Notes under the pieces: generated by a model | The model's database searches: none | Seen by the model: the letters and a program-made list of their open reading frames with translations, nothing else | Told to the model about the DNA's origin: nothing | Part shown: one piece after another, positions 36,685-48,883 of the stretch | How positions within the stretch are numbered: position 1 is the stretch's first letter | How the letters are laid out: each line of letters opens with the position of its first letter | NCBI RefSeq assembly: GCF_000143415.4 | Contig: NW_003314270.1 | Location: forward strand, 310,001 to 374,000 | Length of the DNA: 64,000 bases | From: Selaginella moellendorffii | Lineage: Eukaryota; Plantae; Lycopodiophyta | Direction: 5' to 3' | Translations under genes and position numbers: made by a program

Positions 36685-38698
36685 ATGGCTCAGGCAGAGA
36701 ATGTAGGCAGTAGTAGCTTCTGCAATTGGCTTCACCCCTCTCTGACAGGTATTCTCTTCTCGCTGCTTCTGCCCACAGCAACACTACTCCTGCTTCTCGC
36801 GCATTCTTGTCATGGATCCGACGATGAGCATTTCTACCTCGACCTCCCATCCAGAGAAGGTTTTGCATGCCCCGAAGTAAACAGCTTTGTAAACGAATTC
36901 GATCCGTTCTACAGATGGTCTCTGCGTTCTTCCCTTGCCAGTGTCCTCTCCACGACAAGTCGCATCGACATTGAGCTCGCCAATTCCGCCTACCAGCAAG
37001 CTAGTGCATGGAGAGTGATCAGCAACTGGACGAGTGATGAGGGAGCCAACAAGCTGTACGCCTCGGCCGATCCTCACATTGCAGGTGGTCACATGAAGCA
37101 GCACCGGCGCAACTGGCAATGGAGAATGCGAGTGGACTGGGGCATCAGCATCCGCATGTGCCTATCCACTGGTAATGACCACAGCAATCGGTCATGCCTC
37201 TGGACTACTCCCATCCTTCAGATGGAAAGAGAAGCGGATCTCAGCCTGCTCTTTATTGCTGTACCTTACAGGGCTGCAACTGCACCCAGCATTGAACCAG
37301 ATCTGAACAACATGCCGCGTAGCACATCAGGATTCTACCTTTCCAACTACGCCAGCAATGCAAGGACGGACTTCACCAAGTACCAGAAGATCAACACCTC
37401 CAGCCACTATTATCTCACGAACACTAAGGATGTACCAAAGTGTCGGTTTGCCCCATCTTACTACAGCAACGACGCCACAGCATACCTCGGGTTTCCCAGC
37501 CTCCAATGCGGCTGCTCCAATTCCTCCACCAGGGTATGTGTCGTGGTCACCAGGAACATGGACACCAGCAGCTGGGGATTGTTCGACTATCGTTCCTCCT
37601 GCGATTTGCTGACGTCTTACTGGGCTTGGAACACCGGTGGAAACACTTGGCTTGTTCTTACCGTACACAACACCTCATCTGACAAGCCTCTACCATTTCT
37701 TGCAACCTTTAAGGGGAATACCTCTTTCGGGTCCTCCCTCACTTGGGTTACAGCGAATGACTTCCAGGCCATGGCGAACACAACAGTCTGTGTGGAAGCA
37801 TTGATGCAGCAAACACCGGTGCCATCCAGTGTGGAGGTTCAGAACAGGTGCAGTACTGATCAGCTGGTATTAAGCACTCAAGATGGTGAGTACTACCTCA
37901 ACAAGATGAGACGGTTCCTCTGGGCTCCCACTCCCCCCCAGAACAAGATCAGTACACCCTGTTTCGGAGATCTGCCTATGGGACAGCTCGAGTTCAAGGA
38001 CAAGCTATGTGTGACAAAGCTGGACACTACTACCAGCACAGAGATTAAACTGATGGTCGAATCCATGTTACAGCTCAGAGACGTTAAGTTCAAGCAGAAG
38101 AAGCTGTGGAATGATGGATCAAACAACAGACACGAAGTCTATGGCGGGATTTTGTCAGCGATTGTGTCCTTCGTGGGAACATGTTTCTTGGCAACGAGTA
38201 ACAAGTTGCAGGATATTGAAGAGTCCTTTGAGAAATTCTGGCATCATGGTGGCGCCGTTGGGGACTCCAACACCGACGGCCAGGCTGCTCAGTCAAGCAA
38301 GGGATCAGTTTTTTCAAGCCAGGACCCCATCTTTTGGTTTAAGTTCCTTTATAGGACGCTCCTCGTACTCGCTTTTGCAGGTAATTTGACCTCTTCTTGC
38401 CACAAGTTGATTCACTAAGTTCATATTTTGTGCAGTTTTACTGTCATATACAGCATATAGTAGCGTGCAAAGTGTAAAGAAGGACCGGGACATCTTGCAA
38501 GCGCAAACAGTACCTCAGGTCCTCAGTGATGGTACCGTGGTGTTGCTCACCACCACAGCTACGTACGAGGTGAAACCCTTGTGGGCCAGCTTCTATGTTA
38601 TTTCTGTTCTTACGGCGCTGGCTGTGATAATCACACTGGTCGTTACATGGCGTCAACTTAAAACACTGCCGGCGAAAGAGAGCAGTGAAATGGAATGA
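36685..38698 (+). CDS. Orphan membrane protein, copy 1 (652 aa; signal sequence, large ectodomain, 3 C-terminal TM helices); exons 36685-38380, 38436-38698
   Basis: 577-codon ORF plus a 55-nt GT-AG intron joins in frame to the 38465-38698 ORF; hydrophobic N-terminus and three hydrophobic stretches near the C-terminus; frame conserved in copy 2. Confidence 0.85.
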
Positions 38699-38977
38699 TT
38701 CACTAATCATAACCGTCTTTGAAGATTTTGGTGTCACTAAGTTCTGCCGGCTAATTGCCCCAAGATAAAGGAGAAAGCGATCAAGCCTACTATGACCAGA
38801 CGGTCAATGGATGTCAACACTGTTCTGGTCTTACGGTGCTGGTTGTGATAATTACAGTGGTCATTGGAGGTAAAAAAGATCAGAATATTACCGTCTTTGC
38901 ATCACTAAGGGCTAACTAAAGTTGACCAGTGCAATAAAGGTCTGACCAGTCAGCAGGGTGGCAATGGCGGTCAACGG

Positions 38978-40924
38978 TCAAGGAACGTCAATCATCTTTT
39001 GAAGAATACTGTCCAGCTTACCAGAAGCAAACCGGCGCCCTTGATAAACACAAGCCGAATCATCGTCTTCCATCTCCAGTCCTCCCAAAACCTTGGCAAC
39101 CCCGCGATCAATCGGCAACCCCGCGGCAGCAAACACATTGGACAGCACCACGTACGTGGCCGAGTCTTCTGGGAAGAGCGCCATGGCGGCCTCGCCCACC
39201 CTCTCGGCGCACTCCACGTCCCTGTACACCGCACACGCCCCCAGCACGGACTTGCACGCCACCAGGTCGGGCTCGAACGGCATCCCGCGCAGCAGCTCCT
39301 CGGCCCCGGCCACCTCACCGGACCGCCCCAGCGTGTCGAGCATCACTCCAAAGTGCTCGCAGCTCGGCCAGATCCCAAAGTCCGCCACCATCATCTGGAA
39401 CTTCTCCACGCCCCGCCTCACCGATCCGGTGTGCGTCGCCGCCACCAAGATCCCCGTGAAGGTGATGTCGTCCGGGGTGACGCCCTCCAAGTTGAGCTCC
39501 CGGAAGAACTCCTCGGCCTCGGGGCCGTGGCCGTTCGCGGCATACATGACGATGAGCGCGTTCCAGGAGACGATGTCGGTCTTCTCCGGGGTGGCGTCGA
39601 AGATAGCCTTCGCCTTTGCGAGATGCCCGTGCTGTGCGTACGCGACGAACATCGCGTTCCAAGAGATGAGGCTCCGCTCGGGCATCGAGAAGAACATCGC
39701 CTCCGCCTCGGCGAGCTGGAAGTTCTGCGAGTAGGCCACCATCATGGTCGTCCAGGAGATCACGTTACACCAGGGCATTCGATCCAGCGCTGCCTTAGCG
39801 CGATCCAGCCGCCGGCTCTGTGTGTAGGCGTGGATCATCGCGTTCCAGGAGACGAGGTTCTTCTCTGGGATCCGATCAAACTCGAGCTTCGCCTGGTCGA
39901 TCTCGCCGTGCGCGACGTAGCTCCGGCACAGGATGTTCCACGCCACTACATCCTTCACGGGCATCGATTCGAAGCACCGCCGAGCATCTTCCAGATGCCC
40001 GTTCTGGGCAAATGCCGTCGCCATGGCCGTCCACGAGACAACGTCGCGGTGCGCCACCTTCTGAAAGATCTCTTTCGCCTTGTCGATCATCAGGGCCACT
40101 CCATAAGCAGTGATAAGGGCATTCCACGAAACGATATTCCTGGTTCCCATTCGATCAAACAGATCCTTTCCTTCCACAAGACGCCCGTTCTGGGCATACC
40201 CCTGGATCATCGCGGTCCACGAGACGAGATCTCTCTCCGGCATCGTATCAAACAATTCCTTGGCGTGAAAGAGATCTCCACTCTCGGCAGTGGTCGCGAC
40301 CATGGAATTCCACGACAATCGGCTCCTCGCGGGCATTCTCTCGAAGAACGTGTTCGCAATATCCAAATGCCCCTTTTGGGCAAGTGTTGTCACCATTGTG
40401 TTCCAGGACGCAAGATCCCGCTGCTCCATCGCCAGGAACATCGCCCTGGAGCGATCGAGGTACCCATTCCTGGCATATATCGCGACCATCGCGTTAGAGA
40501 GCACCACATCCCCGTCGACGATGGATTCGAACAGGGATTTGGCCCTCTCCAGATCGCCATTGCGCGCGTAGGCGACGATCATCGTCGTCCAGTGGACGGC
40601 GCTGCGCTGCGGGGTCCTGGTGAAGAGGAGCTCCACCTCGTCGATCCGGCCGCTGGCGGCGGACGCCGCGATGGCGATGCCCCAGGAGAACTCGTTCTTG
40701 TGCTGGATCGCGTGGAATGCCCGGCGCGATTCCTCGGCGAGCCCGAGGCGGCCATACATCTGGACCACCGCATTGGCCACGAATCGATCGGCGCCATAGC
40801 CACTGGCGATGATCTGTGCGTGGATCTTCCTGCCCACCGCGGCGTCGCCGGAATCCCCAGCCGCGCGGAGCGATTGGACGAAACGCTGGCATTCCACAAA
40901 TTTGCCCTTGTCAATGCAGGGCAT
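38978..40924 (-). CDS. PLS/SS-rich PPR protein with E domain, no DYW (PPR-A, intact copy)
   Basis: 648-aa intronless ORF with about 31-aa repeats (RDLVSWTAMIQGYAQNGRLVEGKDLFDRM) and E domain HFGVMLDTLGRSG...MPFEPD...YVVLSNVF. Confidence 0.92.
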   Translation of the reverse strand: MPCIDKGKFVECQRFVQSLRAAGDSGDAAVGRKIHAQIIASGYGADRFVANAVVQMYGRLGLAEESRRAFHAIQHKNEFSWGIAIAASAASGRIDEVELLFTRTPQRSAVHWTTMIVAYARNGDLERAKSLFESIVDGDVVLSNAMVAIYARNGYLDRSRAMFLAMEQRDLASWNTMVTTLAQKGHLDIANTFFERMPARSRLSWNSMVATTAESGDLFHAKELFDTMPERDLVSWTAMIQGYAQNGRLVEGKDLFDRMGTRNIVSWNALITAYGVALMIDKAKEIFQKVAHRDVVSWTAMATAFAQNGHLEDARRCFESMPVKDVVAWNILCRSYVAHGEIDQAKLEFDRIPEKNLVSWNAMIHAYTQSRRLDRAKAALDRMPWCNVISWTTMMVAYSQNFQLAEAEAMFFSMPERSLISWNAMFVAYAQHGHLAKAKAIFDATPEKTDIVSWNALIVMYAANGHGPEAEEFFRELNLEGVTPDDITFTGILVAATHTGSVRRGVEKFQMMVADFGIWPSCEHFGVMLDTLGRSGEVAGAEELLRGMPFEPDLVACKSVLGACAVYRDVECAERVGEAAMALFPEDSATYVVLSNVFAAAGLPIDRGVAKVLGGLEMEDDDSACVYQGRRFASGKLDSILQKMIDVP

Positions 40925-41508
40925 TTGCTAGGAATATATTTCAAGCATCATCATCTTTTCAGTTTCCTCTCTTCTGCTAATGTTTCTTTTCAGCTTGCAA
41001 AGATCTGATGCTGGAATATCAACAAGAATAACCTTTTTGCCAGTTTTCTTTTCCAGTTTTTTTCACGGGATGTTCCAGTTCGTAACAAGCCAGCAAAGTC
41101 TTTGTCACGTCTAAGCTTTTGGGTCCGTAGCCTACGCCAAGACAACTTCTGGCAACCCGAAGATGATCACGCAAACTCACATTGCAGTCTCTCTCCGGGT
41201 GGAATACAGCGAATGCATCAAAGAAAAGCAGAAGCTGTGGCTTCTACCTTGGATCCTAAACTGCCAAAGCATGGGAAGGAATCCTTTCTGCAAAGATGCA
41301 GTGCTTGTCCTGCGTAGCAGCTCCGATCCACTCGCGTGAACAATCGCGCTTCCACCCTTATACACTTCACACGGATTTACAAACACCACCACCTCAAACC
41401 ACATAGAGTTCAGTAATCTCTTCTTACTACTATGTCCTTCTGGGTCGATATCCGCAAGACGCTGCCATCTTTTTCTCCGGAGTCCTGACAGATGTGGAGG
41501 AGACGCTA

Positions 41509-43005
41509 TTACCCAGCCAACGAGCTGATGAACTCTGCCAAGTTATGCCCTGAGCTGCCCGGCTGGGTGGAGAGTGCAGCCTGTCGGACCAGCTTCCTCC
41601 TTTGCTTGGCACGGTTCCTGAGCTCTTGGTCCTCCATTACAGCACGCAAGCCTCGCTCGACGTCATCTGCGGACGGCACACCATCCACCCCAATATCCAC
41701 CGCAATTTTGTACTCGTCCACAAGGTGCCTGCAGGTTGGGAGCTGGTCACCTAAGAACGGCCAGGCCAGAATGGGAACACCAGCCAGCAGAATACACTCC
41801 ACCACGGAACTCCACCCGCAGTGTGAAACTAATGCACCAATGGCCGGATGAGAGAGAACCAGCTGCTGAGGCACCCAACCTGTAAGGATTTTCCCCCTAC
41901 CGGAGGTTCGCTCCGCAAAGTTTGGAGGTAGCACGCGGTTCAGGTAGGCGGTCGGCTCCTCGTTCCTGGGACTTGGAAGCGACCAGAGGAATCTAAAGCC
42001 GGACGATTCGAGTCCGTGTGCCAGCTCTCGAATCATCTCGTCGCCCAAGACTATAAAGCTGCCGAAGCATATGAGGACCAGCGACGCCGTGGGTTGCTTG
42101 TCCAGCCATGAGACAAGCGCCGTGGAATCCTCGCTGTTCTTGCCGATTGAGACCGCTGTTCCTCGAATGTCTTCTTGAGAGGGTCGATCATCCTGGAGGT
42201 AGGAAGATGGATACAGAGGTCCTATGGGAATGCACCGTATCTCGGGGTACTCGCAATGTAAAGCATCCAATATCTGCACGGACACGTGAGAAATCACCCT
42301 CCACTAAATGCCCGTCTTACTGGTCCTTCAAGCTCTTCGGAAGTATTCAGTAGTATCCCGTTGGAGTGGACAAAATGCTTGGCTACGCCTTCTTTACCCA
42401 AGTAGAATCTGTGAACAAAGATCACGGAAACAAACAGAAACATAGAAAGAATGATACCCATGGGATTTGACGACAACGTCCAAAGGTAGCTCAGCCCATC
42501 GAAGAGGTGGAAGTCCGGGAACATGAACTACGCTCTGCATGTCTTGGTCCACATTCCCGCTTCGGCTGGGGCCGTGGAAGGAGAGCATGACAGCGAGATG
42601 CGCCGAAGCACCTGTGTAGAGGATATACTTTGGGATGCCTCTCTCCTCAACAGTTTGACTTGCCCAGAACATCACCATTCGATCGAGAACCACCGCTTTG
42701 GGGCGCAGCACATCGAGGTGTTTCCGGAGCGAGTCAGGCAGGGCAGTGGGAAAACGGGATGATGGCAAAAGGTCGGGACGAGACTTGCGAACTCCAGGGA
42801 AAATGAAAGCCGGTCGAGGGGAAGGAATGGACTCCATGAGAGCGCGCATGTCAATGTTTGCTATGTCCGTGGTCATTCCAGATGGGTTCAGCCACGGCAG
42901 TAGCACCGTAACACGGCAGCCCTGAGAAGCGAGCTTCTTTGCAAAGAGCATACCTGTGTTGAAGTGACCACCGCCTTGAACCGTAACCAAAACGATGTCG
43001 GCCAT
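41509..43005 (-). CDS. UGT: UDP-glycosyltransferase (GT1), copy 1; exons 43005-42458, 42408-42321, 42273-41509
   Basis: N-terminal catalytic His in QGGGHFNT; WLDKQPTASLVLICFGS; PSPG box WVPQQLVLSHPAIGALVSHCGWSS...WPFLGDQ. Confidence 0.92.
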
Positions 43006-43340
43006 TCTCGACCTTGTCGGCCTTATCTTAACCAAGCGCTCTTGTTCTATTGCAACTCCAGACTCCTGTAAGACTCATTTTGATGAACTTGACTTGTTGT
43101 TAACCAAGGGTTTCGTCTAGCACTATTTTCATGCTTTGTTTTTTTTTCCACGTGGCCAGTTCAGCGGTCGAACGAATATGCCAACACAATGAACAGTTAG
43201 ATCTCTGATTCGCAGGCTAGAGAGATTCGAGCGCGGCCGCTCTAGCGGCTGGCGTGATAGTGTTTTATTTCGGCCGCCAAAAAGCCATTTGGAATGGCTT
43301 TTTGGCAAAGAAAAAGCCATTTCAAATGGCTTTTGTCGAC

Positions 43341-43849
43341 TCGAAGCAGGGAAGAACGCTGTCACCAAAGTAAAACCTCTCCTGCTTTGCAAGTCCGGGT
43401 GAGCCAAAAGATCGAAAAGAAAAGAGAAACAAGCAAACCTGGAGAGCGTGGATGTCAAGACTCGTCGGACCACCCCTGGAGATTGGAATGTTGGAGAGTG
43501 AAGGCCGATGTCACCCTCGTCTTCCATGCGCTCCAACGTTCCAGTCGGGAAGAACGGCACCACGACCGTGAAGGAAGCGATGAACATCCTGGGAAGAGCG
43601 TAGATCACCAAGAGCTCTCAAAGATCACGGCGGGAGAGCTGAACGGCGCAAGGAATGCAACGTGCTGGCCACGGATCCCAGCACGAACAAGTTTGGAAAT
43701 CCATCCTCGAATGCGGTGAAAGAAAAAAGAGATCGATTGCTCAAACCCACTCACATCCATTTGAGCTCGATGGAAACTGTCTCGGCAGCGACCCCTCCGT
43801 GCCACATCCTCGTACTCGTTGCAATATGTCGAGGAGATTAGTTCGAGAT
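43341..43849 (-). pseudogene. PRS: Class II PRPP synthase fragment (unit 1 remnant)
   Basis: [21 protein letters not shown] and [33 protein letters not shown] in different frames; both ends deleted relative to unit 2. Confidence 0.85.
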
Positions 43850-43854
43850 TAGTT

Positions 43855-45058
43855 CCAGCACGGAGGCAGCCGCGCAGAGACTTTTCGATTGTATGCCCGA
43901 AAAAACTATAGTCTCGTGGAACGCGATGGTCTCTGCGTATGCCGCGCAGGGAGACACTAGCATTGCGAAGCTTTTGTTTGGCAAGATGCCCCAATGGGAC
44001 GTGGCTTCTTTCAACGCAATGTTGACTGTTTGAACAAGAGGACTACGTTTTGGAATTGCGAAGATTTTTCAACGCTCTTCCGGAAGCCAATTTTGTCTCT
44101 TGGACTATCGTCTTAACAGCATATGCCCGCATTGGGCATCTTTGTGAGTGTAAGTTCCTCTTCGATGCGATGCCACAGAGAGATATAGTGGCATATAACG
44201 TAATGCTCTCGGCATTTTCCCAGCACAGTACTGGGAAAGATTCCAAAGCCTTATTTGATACCATGCCACAGTGGGATATGCTTTCCTGGACATCACTTTT
44301 AAACGCATATATCCAAGAAGGGCATATTGATCGAGCCAAACGTACATACGACACAATGCCAATGCAGGATACAGTATCATGTACTGTTATGCTCACGTTT
44401 CTCTCTACGTATGGTGCCATAGTCGATGCTAGGGTGGCCTATGAATCTTTGCCATGCAAGGATTTAGTTTCACAAAACGCAATGCTATCGGCGTATGCCT
44501 CAAAAGGGTACCTTGAAAAAGCTCGATTTTTGTTTGACTCCATGCCACAAGACCTTGTTTCTTGTACTAACATGCTCATTTCGTATGCCCAAGTCGGTCA
44601 TCTTAACGACGCAAAACTTGTTTTCATTTCCATGCCGGAGCATGACGTAGTATCTCGGACCGTCATGCTCATCGCATATGCCGTGAATGGGCATGTTTTA
44701 GAAGCCAAGAAAGTGTTCGATTTGATGCTAGAGAGAGATCTCACCGTGTGGAGCGTTATGCTGGCTGCGTATGCCTACACCGGCCACTCCTTTGAAGCCC
44801 GCCACCTTTTCCAAACCATAAATTTCATTGAAGCAGCTGGTGAATCCTGCTTTGCCCCCATTTTGATTTCCCTGGGACATGTTGGTGGACTCGACGCCGT
44901 GCTTCGTGTCGTTGCAAGGGGACTTCGCGTTAAAGCCTACCAAGCAACACTACGCGTGCATGGTAGACCTCATTGCCAAGGCAGGGCATCTGGAAGTTGC
45001 CGAGCTTCTCTTGGAAACCATGCCGTTTGTACCTGATGCTGTAGATTGGATGTCCCTG
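43855..45058 (+). pseudogene. PPR-B pseudogene (unit 1): 5' deleted, frameshifted, 3' cut by the duplication junction
   Basis: Matches 54782-56004 with frameshifting deletions near 44030 and 44900; ends at the junction 45058. Confidence 0.9.
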
Positions 45059-46655
45059 ACAAAAGGGAATAGACGGCCTGGCAAAAGCGCGAAAGACAAA
45101 AACAACCAAATGAGCCGCGACTACGATCTGCAAGCTGAGAACGCGGCCATGAATGAGAATGGTGGTGACGCCGAATGGGAATAGATCAACTTTAAATGCA
45201 CCAGACAGGGAGCAGCCTCTCGCCGCGGCTTTCGTCCAGGAAAACTTGATCACCCGCCATCGCTCAAGGTAATTATGATTCCCGATATCCGCAATTAGCG
45301 CTAATCAATCTCTTGGCCTGTCTGTCTCGTTCGTGCCGCGGCAGCACAGCAGCACAACAGCACAGCAGGCTTTTGTGCTCTTGTTCGGTTCGGTTTTTAA
45401 TAACGCAGAGAAGAGAAGAGCCATGAACTTGCAGATACTGCGGGGTTTATAGCCTTTCTTTGAAAGCTTCACATTCGATCCAGGTTCTTTAGTTTTTCTT
45501 TGAACTTATTCGCCAGCACCCACTCATTCGCTCTTTCAGATTTAATGCAGCGGACCTGTGCGTCATCGAGCAAAAGCTATACGAGCTTTTCCATCGCTGG
45601 AAAGCTTTTAGCTGCACTTCCCGAAAGATTCACTCTTTCCTTGTTTCGCTGTATACCACGCCAGGCGTCGCTCTACCTCGTGGCTACGAGTGCGTCCGTT
45701 CAATCTGGCAAGAGCATTGCTTTTCCTCTTTGGCCGACCCACGTTGATAAGGCTGCAAACGCTCTGTCCAGTTTTTCGGTGGGCGTAAAGGAATCTTCTG
45801 GGTCAAAGTAATATGGTTGACCAGATTATGGATGGTCAACGCCATATGCTCGCTAGTTATATAATTAATTGTACCGTACAAATTGTATGTCTGGTTTTGA
45901 TTGATTTGATTTCCAAACTCGCATTGTCTTCTCTTTCATCCAGATGCTGTTACTGATTCGCATCATGCAGTTCAAGCATGCGTTCTAGTAAGTTATTGCG
46001 AACAGATAAAAACTTATCTCTAATAAATTTTCACTAATGTTGGAAGCTGCAAAAAAGATTCGCTGGGTTTTAGCTGTAGGCATGCGTTCAGCAAACCTGT
46101 TGTGCGTGCTCAGATCTTTAGATCGTGTTAAAGTTCGCGGAAAAATAGTTGCCTCATACATTGACTAATTGTTACCAAGGCGGCATCTTTTTCATCCTCG
46201 GTCCAAATCTCGTGCATTATACTCAAGGTCTTACCCAGCCTCAGCTAGCGTTGGTTGACAAAGAAGATTAATAATGATAACCGAAACTTGTCAACTCGTG
46301 TATGCATATAATTTGTCACTTCGTGCGTCCAATGTTCTTAATATAAGTAATGCTTGCATACAGGTTAACATCACCAGCCATTGACAAATTCTCCTGAATA
46401 TCAGAGGAGACTTTGGGAAGAATTCTTTTCTTTCTATGATGCCATGTGAACATTCATAAAGAAAGAGGTTTATGGAAGATCCGTGCTCTTAAGCTCGTTT
46501 GTAGACAAGGAAGCATTGGATCTTTAAAGGAATAGGAAGCATCCACAACACTTTCGCCTTCAACTTGTAGTATGAAAACAAAAAAGCACGTAAAACGAAT
46601 GTCCTCATATCCTTATATATGGCTGCAGTTGTGAATCATAGGATTATAAGCTATA

Positions 46656-48670
46656 ATGGCTCAGGCAGAGAATGTAGGCAGTAGTAGCTTCTGCAATTGG
46701 CTTCACCCCTCTCTGACAAGTATTCTCTTCTCGCTGCTTCTGCCCACAGCAACACTACTCCTGCTTCTCGCGCATTCTTGTCATGGATCCGACGATGAGC
46801 ATTTCTACCTCGACCTCCCGTCCAGAGAAGGTTTTGCATGCCCCGAAGTAAACAGCTTTGTAAACGAATTCGATCCGTTCTACAGATGGTCTCTGCGTTC
46901 TTCCCTTGCCAGTGTCCTGTCCACGACAAGTGGCATCGACATTGAACTCGCCAATTCCGCCTACCAGCAAGCTAGTGCATGGAGAGTGATCAGCAACTGG
47001 ACGAGTGATGAGGGAGCCAACAAGCTGTATGCCTCGGCCGAGCCCCACGTTGCAGGTGGTCACATGAAGCAGCACCGGCACAACTGGCAATGGAGAATGC
47101 GAGTGGACTGGGGCATCAGCATCCGCATGTGCCTATCCACTGGTAATGACCAGAGCAATCGGTCGTGCCTCTGGACTACTCCCATCCTTCAGAAGGAAAG
47201 CGAAGCGGATCTCAGCCTGCTCTTTATTGCTGTACCTTACAGGGCTGCAACTGCACCCAGCATTGAACCAGATCTGAACAACATGCCGCGTAGCACATCA
47301 GGATTCTACCTTTCCAACTACGCCAGCAGTGCAAGGACGGACTTCACCAAGTACCAGAAGCTCAACACCTCCAGCCACTATTATCTTACGAACACTAAGG
47401 ATGTACCAAAGTGTCGGTTTGCACCGTCTTACTACAGCAACGACGCCACAGCATACCTCGGGTTTCCCAGCCTCCAATGCGGCTGCTCTAATTCCTCCAC
47501 CAGGGTATGTGTCGTGGTCACCAGGAACATGGACACCAACAGCTGGGGATTGTTCGACTATCGTTCCTCCTGCGATTTGCTGACGTCTTACTGGGCTTGG
47601 AACACCGGTGGAAACACTTGGCTTGTTCTTACCGTACACAACACCTCATCTGACAAGCCTCTACCATTTCTTGCAACCTTTAAGGGGAATACCTCTCTCG
47701 GGTCCTCCCTCACTGGGGTTACAGCGAATGACTTCCAGGCCATGGCGAACACAACAGTCTGTGTGGAAGCATTGATGCAGCAAATACCGGTGCCATCCAG
47801 TGTGGAGGTTCAGAACAGGTGCAGTACTGATCAGCTGGTATTAAGCACTCAAGATAGTGAGTACTATCTCAACAAGATGAGACGGTTCCTCTGGGCTCCC
47901 ACTCCCCCCCAGAACAAGATCAGTGCACCCTGTTTCGGAGATCTGCCTATGGGACAGCTCGAGTTCAAGGACAAGCTATGTGTGACCAAGCTGGACACTG
48001 CTATCAGCACAGAGATTAAACTGATGGTCGAATCCATGTTACAGCTCAGAGATGTTAAGTTCAAGCAGAACAAGCTGTGGAATGATGGATCAAACAACAG
48101 ACACGAAGTCTATGGCGGGATTTTGTCAGCGATTGTGTCCTTTGTGGGAACATGTTTATTGGCAACGAGTACCAAGTTGCAGGATATTGAAGAGTCCTTT
48201 GAGAAATTCTGGCACCGTGGTGGCGCCGTTGGGGACACCAACACCGACGGCCAGGCTGTTCAGTCGAGCAAGGGATCAGTTTTTTCAAGCCAGGACCCCA
48301 TCTTTTGGTTTAAGTTCCTTTATAGGACACTCCTCGTACTCGGTTTTGCAGGTAATTTGAACCTCTTCTTGCCACAAGTTGATTCACTAAGCTCACATTT
48401 TGTGCAGTTTTACTGTCATATACAGCATATAGTAGCGTGCAAAGTGTAAAGAAGGACCGGGACATCTTGCAAGCGCAAACAGTACCTCAGGTCCTTAGTG
48501 ATGGTACCGTGGTGTTGCTCACCACCACAGCTACGTACGAGGTGAAACCCTTGTGGGCCAGCTTCTACGTTATTTCTGTTCTTACGGTGCTGGCTGTGAT
48601 AATCACACTGGTCATTACATGGCATAAACTTAAAACGATGCCGGTGAAAGAGAGCAGTGAAAGGGAGTGA
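46656..48670 (+). CDS. Orphan membrane protein, copy 2 (652 aa); exons 46656-48351, 48408-48670
   Basis: Same exon lengths (1696 plus 263 nt) and splice sites as copy 1, with no stops or frameshifts. Confidence 0.85.
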
Positions 48671-48883
48671 TTAGGTAATTGTCTTTGAAGATTTTGGTGT
48701 CACTAAGTTCTGTTGGCTAATTGCGCCACTGGCTGTGATAATTACAGTGGTCATTGAAGGTAAAAAAGATACCGTCTTTGCATCAATAAGGGCTAATTGC
48801 GCCAAGATAAAGGAGAAAGCTAAAGTTGACCAGTGCAATAAAGGTCTAACCAGTCACGGCGGTCAACGGTCAAGGAACGTCAA

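Noticed and set aside
38999-41008. 669-aa plus-strand ORF (and the 400-aa one at 49456-50658)
   Set aside because: Antisense shadow of the GC-rich PPR gene; His/Arg-rich translation with no motifs.
43233-43245. gcggccgctctag, resembling a NotI-XbaI cloning polylinker
   Set aside because: Only 13 nt, with flanks homologous to unit 2; no further vector sequence.
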